Below are positions 1 through 14,231 of a stretch of 64,000 nt of DNA, one piece after another (within the stretch, counting starts at the first letter, position 1; every line of letters begins with the position of its first letter). The position numbers were made by a program, and so were the translations under genes. This DNA comes from Eledone cirrhosa (Eukaryota). The notes under the pieces are model-generated. The model searched no databases and was not told the DNA's origin. It saw only the letters and a program-made list of their open reading frames with translations. The stretch covers positions 333,436,001-333,500,000 of the forward strand of contig OZ024741.1 of the NCBI GenBank assembly GCA_964016885.1. The letters are read 5' to 3'.

Positions 1-1286
1 CAATTCACTCAGTTGCTAAAATAATGGCACATGAAACTATTACAGGCTCTGGTTTAATTAACCTCTTGGCTTGAGAAAAACTTTAACTTTTATTTTTAAA
101 TAATTTTAAAATGTTTTCAATGCTAAATTGTTAAAATTTAACAAATATATAATTTTCCCAGATTAATTATTCATAACTTGACATGTGATTAAGTAATTTA
201 TAAAAAAATGTTCTAATAATTTTCTTAGTAATTTATTCACAGTAATTTTCTTCACTAGGATAAATTTAAAGTGGTAAACAGTCTGTGATCTTATTTACTA
301 CCATAACTAGGCCCTTATGTGCCTTTAGCAGAGACCACTCTGTTGCAAGCATTTGGCCCAGGCCTCCAGATAAGAATATATACTTTCCTATCTCCCTGCT
401 TCCCTCCCACCTTTCTTCCTTTCTCCCACATCAGGTGTATTGCTTTTCCCTCTCGGACTAAACACATCCTTGTGTGTAACACATCTCCCTCACCAATCCC
501 TCAGGGTAAACAGTAAAAAAACACAACAGTCTTGAATTTTACTCACAGCCTACAAAATGATGTAATATATATATATCAACAATATTGATTATATTCTATC
601 TAAAATTAAAGTAGAGCTTTTCTTCTCATTCTATGATGTAATATAGTATAACTGAAGATTAGAGTCTCAGAAATACGACTCCTAAATTAATGGGTAAAAG
701 CATTTTAGGATACACATCTCAATTTGCAAGCTAAACTCTCAAGTTCATAACCCATATATGATATCATATATTTGGCTGACTTCTAATTTATCTAAACAAA
801 TCCAGTACCAGGAGATGGGGGTGGTTACTGTACCCACAGCAAAATGGAAGAAGTTACTGAAATACTGTAATTTATTGAAACAAAACTAATTTTATGCTGT
901 GCTGGGAGATGGCTGGGTGGTATTGTATCTACAACAAACTGGAATAACTTATTGAAGTTTGTTGATGGATTACTTTATTCAGCCAATGGCATTCAAGTTG
1001 TTTGGATAGAAAGACAACTAACAATGAAATTTTGTCATTGTTGGTAGTTCATTTTACTAAAGTATCAGGTGATGTTGGTGAAAGTGTTTGGTTATTCCAG
1101 TAATTCAGCCTCTCTACCACCTGCAGTAATACTTGTGGGTGTTTTAGGCTGCCTTAAAACATTTTAGAGGAAAACACTAGAATTCTATGTTGTAGTGTGT
1201 AACCAAGAGATAGTATATGATTTTTCTCTCTTATTTTTTCTCTCTGATTTAATTTTTATAGACATAATCTGTTTGCATTGCTGATT

Positions 1287-1520
1287 CATCATCATCATCA
1301 CCGTTTTACGTCCATTCTTCCACGCTAGCATGGGTTAGATGGGTTGTCCAGTTGTCAGCCCAATCGGCTGACCTTGTTTTGCTCATACGGGAACTGATTC
1401 TAGCTTGATTTATACAGCTGGATGCCCTTCCTAACACCAACCTCATTTACAGTGAATGCTAGGTGCTTTTTTTCTGTGGCACCTCCATGATCACTTTGCT
1501 GTGGGAGGGGTGGGGGCATA
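1287..1520 (-). mobile_element. RTE 3'-end / RTE-tailed SINE
   Basis: (CAT)n-cgttttacgtcc...gctagcatgggttaga...gctggatgcccttcctaacaccaacc. Close match to 62319-62570. Further copies near 17083, 18034, 23618, 25383 and 32530. Confidence 0.8.
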
Positions 1521-1906
1521 TTGTCTGTATGCTTATGTGTATATACTTCAAACTGATAATAGTTAAACCTTATGGAATTTTAAAGATTAAAAAAAAAGTC
1601 AGAATGAACTCTCCTGTATTTTGAGTCTAGGCATACGAAAAAAAACAAGAAAAAGATTTCAGAAAGATTTTCTTTTATTAATTGAAATATTTTGAAATAT
1701 GGTAGAAAGATAACCAATATATATGAGTTCAAACTTATGTTAGATGTTTTGTTGTCTACACGGTTGACTATATATAGGTACATAGCTCACAAAAATCTAG
1801 CAAAGGTCAAGATTGAATTGTAAATCAATGAGTTGATAGACTCTAGACCAACAAAATGATTCATAATTTGTCATTAGGTAAACCCCTAACCCTAATTTTT
1901 ACCATT

Positions 1907-4165
1907 CTCCAATGCAACACATGAACTTATCCTTCAGGGTAACACATTAACACACCCTCCAGTGTAACACATGAATTTATCCTTCAGGGTAACACATTAA
2001 CACACTCTCCAGTGTAACACATGAACTTATCCTTCAGAGTAACACATTAACACACCCTCCAATGTAACACATGAATTTATCCTTCAGGGTAACACATTAA
2101 CACACCCTCCAATGCAACACATGAATTTATCCTTCAGGGTAACACATTAACACACCCTCCAGTGTAACACATGAACTTATCCTTCAGGGTAACACATTAA
2201 CACACCCTCCAGTGTAACACATGAATTTATCCTTCAGGGTAACACATTAACACACTCTCCAGTGTAACACATGAACTTATCTTTCAGGGTAACACATTAA
2301 CACACCCTCCAATGTAACACATGAACTTATCCTTCAGGGTAACACATTAACACACCCTCCAGTGTAACACATGAATTTATCCTTCAGGGTAACACATTAA
2401 CACACCCTCCAGTGTAACACATGAATTTATCCTTCAGGGTAACACATTAACACACCCTCCAATGTAACACATGAACTTATCCTTCAGGGTAACACATTAA
2501 CACACCCTCCAGTGTAACACATGAACTTATTCTTCAGGGTAACACATTAACACACCCTCCAGTGTAACACATGAATTTATCCTTCAGGGTAACACATTAA
2601 CACACTCTCCAGTGTAACACATGAACTTATCTTTCAGGGTAACACATTAACACACCCTCCAATGTAACACATGAACTTATCCTTCAGGGTAACACATTAA
2701 CACACCCTCCAGTGTAACACATCAATTTATCCTTCAGGGTAACACATTAACACACCCTCCAGTGTAACACATGAATTTATCCTTCAGGGTAACACATTAA
2801 CACACCCTCCAATGTAACACATGAACTTATCCTTCAGGGTAACATATTAACACACCCTCCAGTGTAACACATGAATTTATCCTTCAGGGTAACACATTAA
2901 CACACCCTCCAATGTAACACATGAATTTATCCTTCAGGGTAACACATTAACACACCCTCCAGTGTAACACATGAATTTATCCTTCAGGGTAACACATTAA
3001 CACACCCTCCAGTGTAACACATGAATTTATCCTTCAGGGTAACACATTAACACACCCTCCAGTGTAACACATGAACTTATCCTTCAGGGTAACACATTAA
3101 CACACCCTCCAGTGTAACACATGAATTTATCCTTCAGGGTAACACATTAACACACTCTCCAGTGTAACACATGAACTTATCTTTCAGGGTAACACATTAA
3201 CACACCCTCCAATGTAACACATGAACTTATCCTTCAGGGTAACACATTAACACACCCTCCAGTGTAACACATGAATTTATCCTTCAGGGTAACACATTAA
3301 CACACCCTCCAGTGTAACACATGAATTTATCCTTCAGGGTAACACATTAACACACCCTCCAATGTAACACATGAACTTATCCTTCAGGGTAACACATTAA
3401 CACACCCTCCAGTGTAACACATGAATTTATCCTTCAGGGTAACACATTAACACACCCTCCAATGTAACACATGAATTTATCCTTCAGGGTAACACATTAA
3501 CACACCCTCCAGTGTAACACATGAATTTATCCTTCAGGGTAACACATTAACACACCCTCCAGTGTAACACATGAACTTATCCTTCAGGGTAACACATTAA
3601 CACACCCTCCAGTGTAACACATGAATTTATCCTTCAGGGTAACACATTAACACACTCTCCAGTGTAATACATGAACTTATCTTTCAGGGTAACACATTAA
3701 CACACCCTCCAATGTAACACATGAACTTATCCTTCAGGGTAACACATTAACACACTCTCCAATGTAACACATGAACTTATCCTTCAGGGTAACACATTAA
3801 CACACCCTCCAGTGTAACACATGAATTTATCCTTCAGGGTAACACATTAACACACTCTCCAGTGTAATACATGAACTTATCTTTCAGGGTAACACATTAA
3901 CACACCCTCCAATGTAACACATGAACTTATCCTTCAGGGTAACACATTAACACACTCTCCAATGTAACACATGAACTTATCCTTCAGGGTAACACATTAA
4001 CACACCCTCCAATGTAACACATGAACTTATCCTTCAGGGTAACACATTAACACACCCTCCAATGTAACACATGAACTTATCCTTCAGGGTAACACATTAA
4101 CACACTCTCCAGTGTAACACATGAACTTATCCTTCAGAGTAACACATTAACCCATCCTCCAGTAT
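1907..4165. repeat. 50-bp tandem satellite, about 45 copies
   Basis: Unit atgaa(c/t)ttatccttcagggtaacacattaacacaccctcca(g/a)tgtaacac repeated head to tail with few variant sites. It decays into related sequence up to about 4250. Confidence 0.97.
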
Positions 4166-4819
4166 AACATATCTCCCTCTCCATCTTCCAGTATAACACA
4201 TTAACCCACCCACCAGTATAACACATCTCCCTCTCCATCCTCAAAGGTAATACTATACTAAAAGATGGAATGGTCTCAGCGGAAATATTTTTAACTCTAG
4301 GCCTGTTTGATTAAAGCGAACCTGGAGCTAAATAACAACAATAACAACAACAGTTTACTATAGCACCACAGGAAAACTAATAACCATAACCTTTGTGATA
4401 TCTGATATCACTTCCACTTGAGTTAATAAACAGTCACCATATTGATATCTAAATCTAATTAGTAGATGTCAAGTAATTAACTCCGTTTATTAATTATTTG
4501 TGAGATAATTATTAAAAGGTAACTGACTGTTTTATAGATTATCGGTCTACTTCGATTAAGCAAGTGATTTCCTTGAAACAGTCCATTAAACAATGCTAGC
4601 TAACTATGTATACATTAGCAGATGTATAAATTAATTTATATATACTATCATCAACATTATCAACAGCAGCACTATTTTAGCCCATTTTATACTTATTTTC
4701 CATTTGGGAAGGGGGTTGGACGAGTTGTCACATTTTGTGACTAGTCAGATCAGGTAACTATGTCCTGCTTATACATTCCATAAATTGTGGCATGGTTTCT
4801 ACAGCTGGTGTCCTCCCCA

Positions 4820-5300
4820 AGACCAACAATTTTACAGAGTGGACTGGGTAAATTTTACCATGGAATCAGAACTACCACATTACGGGGTAGACCAGGTGCA
4901 TTTAATCACTGTAACAGCACTACAAGTTTATAGAGTGTATGGAGTCTGTTTAGAGTGGCACTAGGACTCATTTACAGAATGGGTTGGGTGCATTTTATCA
5001 TAGCACCAGCACTACCACATTACAAAGTCTACTAGGTAAATTTTAACATGGCACCAGCACTAACACAGTATACTAGGTAAATGTCATCATGGCACCAGCA
5101 TTACCACATTACAGGGTGAACTGGGTACATTTTATCATAGCACCAGCACTACCACTTTACAGAGTGTATTGGGTACATTTTATCATACCTCCAGGTCTAC
5201 CACTTTACAGAGTGTACTGGGTACATTTTATAATAGCACCAGCAGGATACATTTTCTCCTGATATTAGCATTACCAATTACAGAGTGTATAGGGTGCATT
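4820..5300. repeat. Degenerate ~40-bp minisatellite derived from the RTE 3'-UTR motif
   Basis: About 10-12 copies of (tg/ta)gcaccagcactaccac(a/t)ttacagagtgtactgggtacattttatca, directly after an RTE-3'-end-like segment (ctacagctgg...ccaac). Confidence 0.8.
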
Positions 5301-5421
5301 TATATATATGTGTGTATGTATATATATATATATACACAGAAATAAGTAAAACTGGTAATATAAATATTCTCAACTTCCACATCATGTTTTGATTGCTATT
5401 TTCTTTAATTTGTACCCACAC

Positions 5422-5467
<46 letters not shown>

Positions 5468-5524
5468 ATATACATACATATATATATATATATAAGAATA
5501 AATATATATATATATATATATAAA

Positions 5525-5561
<37 letters not shown>

Positions 5562-5786
5562 TCTTTTACCTGTTTCAGCCATCCGACTGAGGCCATGCTG
5601 GGGCACCGCCCTTGTTATATATATATATATATACATTTACATACAAATATATATATATAAACAAATACACATATGCATACATATATATATACACATACAA
5701 ATACACATATAAACATATATACATACATACAAACATATATATATACACATACATACATATAAACATATAAAAACATATATACATAA

Positions 5787-5855
<69 letters not shown>

Positions 5856-6345
5856 TACAAACATATATATATATACATATCTCTATTTATGTATGTATAT
5901 ATACCAAATATAATGAAATTCTGGGTATAATTATTATCCATTGTAATAAACTGGAGCAATAATCTTCTCCAAGCCTCCTTGTCTCTGATGTGTCTCCCAT
6001 GATTATTTACAAATAATTCACAGAACAGTTTGAAAATTAATCATCTCTTCAACAGTCTCGAGTCTAATTCCATTATTTTAATATACACAAATCATATATT
6101 TCTGCTTCCCACTGATAAACTGAGTCAATCAACCATCAAATTAACTATCACTTTCCTCTTTCCTCTTATCTCTTCATCCACTTGCTTTCTTAACTTTTCT
6201 ATCTTCACAATCTCCCCATCTCTCTCTGTTTTTCCCTATCTATCTTCTCTTCTCTTTGTCTAATAGATATCTATATTAAAAACTTTCATAGTCCCCTTCA
6301 TACATACATATATGCATGTATGTGTCTAACCATCTATCTATCTAC

Positions 6346-6416
<71 letters not shown>

Positions 6417-6821
6417 AAAGTTATGAAAATTGACTTACTTACTAAAATTTCACTCCAACTAATTAATTTCTGTAAGGGGATAAATATGGTTATGGAGTGT
6501 ATCCATAGAGAAGCCTTACGTCATCAGGGAGTCTATTCTCAGCTAAGCTTCCAGGCAATACGGGCACACTGGGAACTTATATAAAAATAATTCAGTGGAT
6601 GGAAAAAAGCGAGCGGGGCTAGATTCCAAGACATTGAAAAATTACACTCCGTAATTTCTTTAATTTCTTTAGTCAAAATACGGTGATAGCTTACATATAT
6701 ATATATATCATCATCATCATCATCATGATATATATATATATATATGTAAGCTATCACCGTATTTTGACTAAAGAAATTAAAGAAAATTATTTAGCCTGAT
6801 AGTGGGGTTAAGAAGCCTCGG

Positions 6822-6860
<39 letters not shown>

Positions 6861-7006
6861 AAAATTAAGATAAAATAAATTAAATGAATTTAATCTAAAT
6901 CGAAATTGTGGGTGTCATGTCAATATGGCATGCGCCATATTACACGCGTGCAAAAATTATCTCCTGTGATTATTCATGTATATTTATATGTTAATCAATT
7001 TCTTGT

Positions 7007-7052
<46 letters not shown>

Positions 7053-7830
7053 GTATGTGTGTGTGTGTGTGTATATATACATATATGGAAGTAGTTGACA
7101 GATGAGATGATCCTGTGAGACTCCAGAATGACAAAACTCACTTAGCAACAATAAATGAATATATGTATATATATAAGGCACTTCCTAAAATGGCTAACTA
7201 AAAACACCACATACTTTCTCTCTAAATCTTTTTTTCTCTTTAGTTTCTTCCTCTTCTCTCTATCTTCCTACTTTTGATTCTGATGAAGGACTAACAACCA
7301 AAACGTTGTGACTTCTTTCCTACTATACCAAGCATAAAACTCATATATATTCCCATTGACAGTATTGTTATCCTGTGTTGTGTATCTCTTTAATCTTTTA
7401 CAAACACGCACATATATATACATATATGTATATATATACATATATTGTATATCAGAGAGAGCAACATTAGATTTTTTAATAATTACATTTACTGGCTGAA
7501 AAATTGTTTCAGAAACCAAATCACTAATTTGTACATATAGGATATAACCATCGATCTTTCGATTGATGTTTGTATAATAAAAAGAAAAGTTCAATAAGAT
7601 TTCCTCATCGGAGCCAAAAAGAAAAGGTAAAGATATAAAAATCCAAAAGGAATTCATCTCACTGTAAAATAAGGCCTATAATAAACTTATATGTATTGAG
7701 CACACTACCCACTTCACTACTGGCATTTAATCTGCATAACTGATCCCTTTTCTCCTTCTTTGATTAGTTTGCTTGCATAATTTTTGATATGTATGTATAT
7801 ATATATGAATATATGTGTGTATATGTATAT

Positions 7831-9110
7831 ATGGTTCCTCTCCCAGATCCTCAAGCCTATGCTTGCTACTTTTCCTGGACATGTCAGCAGCTCTGAAGAA
7901 GTCATACAAAGACTACATCAACTACAACCTAACCAACTTAAACTCAACAGATATGCCTTTGGCCTTGATATTGTCTCCCTGTACATGACAGTACCCTCTC
8001 ATCCAGTGGTCAACCTAGTGACTGACTGCATCATTTTATACAACATATACTGCTTTGACCTCACTTCACAAGACATACATAAGCTTCTATCCGTCATCGT
8101 AGAAAATATATATTTCACTTTCCACCACCACACATACAAACAAACAACAGGCCTACCTACAGGGTCCAGTCTTTCAGACCTAGCCATCACCTATATGAAC
8201 AAAGTAAAACGTCGAGCGGTCAACACCTTGCTCCTGTGTTTTCTTCACTCGATACATAGATGATATACTTATCCTCCCATCATCCTGTGAAGAAGCCGGC
8301 ATAATATCTACAGCATTTTCACAGATAACAACATACGATTTACCACAGAACAGTCCGATAAAAACGGTTCCTTGTCTCTGCTGGACTTCCAGCTTAGAGC
8401 AACAGAAGAAGGTGCTGTATACACCAACTTCTATAGGAAAGCTGCCAGTAGAGATCTGTTTGTGCATTATATATCAGCTCTTCCCCTTGGTGCTAAAACC
8501 GGATATATAAGAAATGAACTTGCATGTACCCGGAATAAATGTAGCAAGACAGAGGACAAGATCACTCACACTGCACACTTCATTGATGTACTGAAGACGA
8601 ACGGACACCCAATATCCATAGTGAATTGACTTATGAATCGAAGGTGCCACAGGCATAAGACCTCCTCTAACACCTGCTTCATGAAATTACCACATTTCAG
8701 CGAAAGCATAACTACAGCTATCCGCAGAGCTATCCACAAAGAAGGACTCACTCTGGCCCTTCACTGCTTGGATACCTGTCTAAAAAGCAATCCAGAGACA
8801 ACAACAATCAATGCTCACTGACTAAGTGCCCTATCCACGATACAGCTCTGTGCCAGTGGACACATGTGGTGTACCAGATTGAATGCAACAAATGTAAGGA
8901 TTTCTACATTGGTAGTACGACTCAAGCACTCCACACTCGCATTAAAGAACACCTCAACATACATACATTCTCATTCAAAAAACACATTGACAAATGTAGA
9001 AATATCAACCAACATATTACCATTACTATTAAAGCGAGTGATAGAAATGTGGGCAATTAAGGAAGCCTTGCTCATACGTAGACTCAACCAGCAAATAAAT
9101 ATAGATTAGA
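7831..9110 (+). mobile_element. Penelope-like retroelement, degraded RT plus GIY-YIG endonuclease
   Basis: Frameshifted fragments contain LDIVSLY, YKQTTGLPTGSSLS, RYIDDIL (about 8250), LLDFQL and NFYRK. The C-terminal VYQIECNKCKDFYIGSTTQALHTRIKEH is a GIY-YIG motif. Confidence 0.9.
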
Positions 9111-9747
9111 ACTCAGCGCACAATACTTAACATAAAAGACACACCTACAGGCACACAAACTAAACATCTCATACAAAAAAGAAAATGGATTCTGCGAAAT
9201 AATATATTGACAATTAACATCATTCTCGTGAAGAGCGAAATAACCATAAAAGATCGCTTGAAAACGACTTAGAAAAATTTAAATCAAAATCAAAATTTAA
9301 TCCCAAAGAGAGGAAATTGGAAAGTTCCTTAAACCCTGAAGGGACTTTTAGGTCCAAAATATTGGACAGAAAAATAACCAACAAAAAAAAAACCAAAGAT
9401 TACCAGGTAACTTACTTTTGTTACCTCATCTTACAGGCCATTTTGCATTGTTTAGCAATCTATCTCTTTCAACATTATATATGCATATATATTTATCTGT
9501 GTTTGTGTATATATATATATACATAAAAGTAATAATAAAAATAACAAAACAAATGACATAATACATGGAAGAAATATATTAGTTTAATGCTTGAAATAAC
9601 AGGAAGAGAGTCTTAACGATACTAATTCTTCATCAGAAGATAGAGTTAGAAATGGAAGATAAATAGTAAGTAAAGAGTGATGAGAGAAAAGAAAGGGGAA
9701 ATTAGGAAAAAAAATTAGGGAGAAAAACACACATATATATATATAAA

Positions 9748-10450
9748 ATAATAATAATAATAATGAAATTATTGTGTACAGTGCTCAGGTGCACTACAAT
9801 TCATCATAGTACATAGAATAATATACAAATGTCAGGGAAGTGAATAGTGTATGAGTCATGATATATAGGTGTGCGTGTGTATGGAGTGGGAATATTAGGT
9901 GTAGTGTTGGCGAATCTCAGGAAGCATGGAGGTTTTAAAGGATGCAGTGTCTTGACAGCTAATAACTGATGCAGGTAGTTTTTTCCATGCTTCACCAACT
10001 CTGAGCGTGAAAAATGTTTCCGAAAGTCATGGGAGCTGTGCTGTTTTCTGACTTTGTGGGCATGCCCACGTGTTAGACACATGGAAATCAAAAAGGTACT
10101 CAGGGTTGTTGTTGGCAAGATGGTTAATAATTTTGTGGGTGTTTACCAAGTCAGTTGTCAGAAGTTGGAGCTTCAATGTATCCATACTCAGGGAAGCAAG
10201 GCGTTTAGAGTATGGTAGATGCCTGATGGAGGGTATTCGCTTGGTTGCACGTCTCTGAACAGTTTCCAGGTGGTCAATGTTCTGAGCAAGATAGGGGTTC
10301 CAGACTGGTGATGCAAATTCTAAGTGTGGCCGCACCATAGCTTTAAATAGATAGCTGGAGAGCGGCTGACAAAGGTCTTGCTGAGTGATGCTAAGACACC
10401 CTCGGCCTTCTTGACAATTTTAGAGACGTGCTTCGTCCAACGCAAATCGT
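9748..10450 (-). mobile_element. CR1-clade LINE 3' fragment
   Basis: VRPHLEFASPVWNPY...LETVQRRATKRIP...YSKRLASL, the typical CR1/L2 C-terminal region. Short (TTA)n tail at about 9750. Confidence 0.88.
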
Positions 10451-10619
10451 AATGCCCAGACATATATATATATATATATTTGTTATTGTTGTTGTTCATC
10501 TTCTTTCTCAGCTGAGCCGTGGTAAATTAGCTCTATGATCAAACACATTCCAACATTGAATAACCAGTTTATTTATTTTAAAATGTTTTTATCATTGGCA
10601 ATGTATATCCTAAAAGTCT

Positions 10620-10884
10620 AAAGTCTGTCTCGAGCCCAGAGGCTCATCAGGCCGGTGCTTATCCTAGTTTCCATGGTGTTGAGTGAAAGTACATGGCTTC
10701 CCGCTGGACAGGATGCCAGTTTATCATAGGATTAAACCCCAGCTACTGTTGCTACTCATTTTCAGCTGACTATACTGGAGCAATGTGAAAAAATTGCTGA
10801 AGAACACAACACACAACCCAGTCCAGGAATTTAACCCATGGCATTATGATTTTAAGTCCATCACACTTACCGCTAGGCAACACA
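10620..10884 (-). mobile_element. tRNA-headed SINE (family A)
   Basis: Aligns along its length to 30376-30637. Partial copies at 18225-18378, 24336-24450, 26565-26670 and 39545-39640. A/B-box-like head on the minus strand. Confidence 0.7.
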
Positions 10885-12201
10885 CCATCAATAGGCTCAT
10901 TATTATCCAGGCTCATTATTATCCAATGTGTCTTTTTCTTTTTAAGATAGTATGGTCTGATACTCTGATATGAGAGGGGTGGGTGGTGATTTGGTTGTTT
11001 TTTCTAACAAAAATCGTATAAAGGCTCCACTTAGGGTCAATAAATTAAGCACCAACAATATACTGAGTTTAATTAACTTAATTGCACCAGAACCTTACAC
11101 ATTTAAAAGTCTTGGCCAATATAAGAAAGAAATAATTCTGAAACAAAATTGTATAATTTGCATCAAATTATTTTTATACTTAAATTTAATTTAGCATATT
11201 AAAATAAAAAAAAAAATTATCCATTAATTTTATGCATTGAAATGTCTCCAACTATAACAACAAAGAGCCTAGGGCTAGTGACTAACGTCCCTGCTGGGTA
11301 ATCTTCTACTGCATGCTATTCAAATGTAATACTAGGTTTTTATATCGTTAGTTATTCAAACCAATGAAATTCCAGTGAATGACATTAATTATGTATAAAA
11401 TATACAGATGGACGTTTGTTAATTATTTAATCAATTTTTTGAGGATTCATTAGGGAATATTTGAATCAGAATTTAAAGAAGGTGAAAAAATAAAGTCTAA
11501 TTATTTTATGCAAATGGAAAAATTCACTTGAAATCACATTTTGAGCATATAAAACTAAGCCGAAGCTCATGATGATAAAACAGGAGCAAGCAGAGCAGAA
11601 GTTTGTTATTAATTTATTCAAGACACATCTTGACAATAACGAGCTTTCTTTAACGAGTTTACGTGCATGCAAACATCGATGCATCCAACCCTTCATCGAC
11701 CCATCTCTTCCATATATACATCAACATCATCATAAACATCTTTTCATCACCATCATCATCATCATCTTCATCACCGTCATCAACATCATTATTGTCAACA
11801 TCATTATTGTCATCATCTCTGTTTAACATCTATTTCCTATATTTGCATGCATTAGACAGGTTATCACACTGTGGCTATGCCAGTCAGCTGACCATGTCTT
11901 GCTGCTATGCTCCGTTTTTGACTTGGATTTTTTTATGGCTGGATCGCCTTCCTAACAGCAACCACTTCACAGCATGTAATGAGAGCACTTTATCATGACA
12001 CCAGCACTACCACATGAAAAGGCGGAATGGGTGATTTTGCTATAGTACAAGCACTATAACTTACACTGTAGACTGTATATATGAACACACATGCATATAC
12101 ATACATATATAGTTTAGTATGGACCCATAATTCCTGAGTGAGTCGTAGGAGCACCATATTGGTATACAGCATTTATATATATATATATAAATATATATGT
12201 A

Positions 12202-12236
<35 letters not shown>

Positions 12237-12247
12237 ATATATATATG

Positions 12248-12290
<43 letters not shown>

Positions 12291-13174
12291 GTCAGAACGG
12301 GATGGAAAAAGTTCAGAGAGCTTATACCACTATTGGCTGCTAAAGAGTTCTCTCTAAAAATGAAAGACAGGCTGTATGATGCCTGCATACGAACAGCAAT
12401 GTTACATGGCAGTGAGACCTGGGCATTGTGTGCAGAGGATATACACAGACTGGAGAGAAACGAAGCTTGCATGCTCCGTTGGATGTGTAATAGTAATATA
12501 CGTGAACGGCAAAGCATAAACGAACTAAGAGAGAAATTAGAAATAAGAGGGATCAGATGATGTTTACTCGAGAGAAGACTACGTTGGTATGGTCACGTGA
12601 TGCGCATGAAGGACGATAGCTGTATAAAAAAGTGCAGGGCAATAAAAATAGACGGTAGCCACAGAGTAGGCAGACCCAGAAAAACCTGGGACGACTTGAT
12701 AAATTCCGACCTCACACACTTACACCTCTCCAAGACAATGTCACTGGACCGAGATCTTTGGCGCTACACAGTAATAGAGAAGACCCGCCTTACCTAAGTG
12801 CAAAGTGAAACCTACTACAGTCAGTAGGCACCTCTAACAAAATACACCCCCATCCCACTACCCCCACCCATCCACACCACCCTTTTCAATGTAAAGTTAT
12901 GTTGGTACTACAACATCCAGCCCGAAACAAATGAGTTTGTGTAGGTGTCACGACAAAAAAACACACAGTCCACGCTATAATGTGGCCGTGTAGGTAACAT
13001 GGTAAAAACCTCCCAGTTCCATACTGTAAATGTGGTTGGTGTTAGGAAGGGCATCCAGCTGTAGAAAACCTGCCAGACAACCACTCTTGCCTCAAGTGGG
13101 AAAACTCCCGTCCAAACCCATGCGAGCGTGGAATATGGACGTTAAACAAAGATGATGATGATGATGATGATGAT
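12291..13174 (+). mobile_element. RTE-clade LINE, 5'-truncated copy
   Basis: VRTGWKKFRELIPLL...LYDACIRTAMLHGSETWA...RLRWYGHVMRM...GRPRKTWDD. The 3' UTR ends in ggacgttaaac...(GAT)n. Both ends abut (TA)n. Confidence 0.92.
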
Positions 13175-14199
13175 ATATATATATGGATGATGGCATTTTG
13201 TATTTTCTTTAATGGTGTCCACTCTGTGCTGCAAGCATACCAATATATATATCACTAAGACAGCATTTAAGTGTATCATCATCATCAGTGTTGTTTTAAT
13301 GTCCACTTTCCCTGCTACCATGAAATCATACTCTATATGTTTATATACAATAAACTTATAGTAGCCTTGCTATCAAAGAAAAATATTTTTCATAATGAAA
13401 AAATTGTTTTTCTCTATTTTTCTCTAAGAACATCACTGATTTTGCCATTTTGTGAGAAAGCTAAATAGTGCTGTTTCACAATTCATTGATCTCTCATCAG
13501 TGATATTCTCTCAACTGATACTGAGATGAACATAGACGAGAATCTATATAGATTTTGCTGGGGATGCTCATTTGTATAAAGGTAATAGAAAAGATTGGTT
13601 AGAAATTGTCATTTGCATAGTGTGAACTTGGCTGGTTATAATTAATTGGCAGTATCACTAACACTGCATTTAAGCATAAAAATGGTGTATATGAAATCAT
13701 ACACTATAGAGTAGCCTCACTATCAAAGGAAAATAGTTTTCCATAATATATATCAATATAGATATAATATATAAATACATATAAACTCTTTTTTCCCTCT
13801 CTTTCTATATATATATATATCACTGAATATATTTATTGTCCTGGCTGCAGCCAGTACAGTCTTAATTCCTTAAGCTAGATTCTTTAATATGTCTCATAGA
13901 GGAAATCTTTCCAGTGTAGCATCATAAAATAAGAATAAAACAGATGTTTGTAGAAATATATCTATATGCAATAATAATTCACAAAATATATCAGGAACTG
14001 AATAAAGTTAATAAACTAAGACTATGTTGGCTTTGAACAGGTCATATACCCTTGAACTATATTTTATTGCAAAAACGTCCTTGTGGAAACTACACAGAAA
14101 TTGTACAGCACTATTTATTCCAAGGTATTAACTACCAGCCTGAGAGAGAGAAGGGACATCTTAAAGCTGGTATTTAAAAAAAGGTGCCTGTAGGAAAGA

Positions 14200-14231
<32 letters not shown>

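Noticed and set aside
1881-1894. Telomere-like CCCTAA repeats
   Set aside because: Only two units, which is expected by chance.
1907-4165. CRISPR-like regular array
   Set aside because: The units are contiguous near-identical 50-mers with no unique spacers, no cas genes are present, and the context is eukaryotic.
6490-6535. CUGAUGA motifs at about 6525 (-), 55812 (+) and 19920 (-), and weak relics at about 7090, 37807 and 51591
   Set aside because: GAAA or stem pairing is missing or doubly mutated, so they were not counted as hammerheads.
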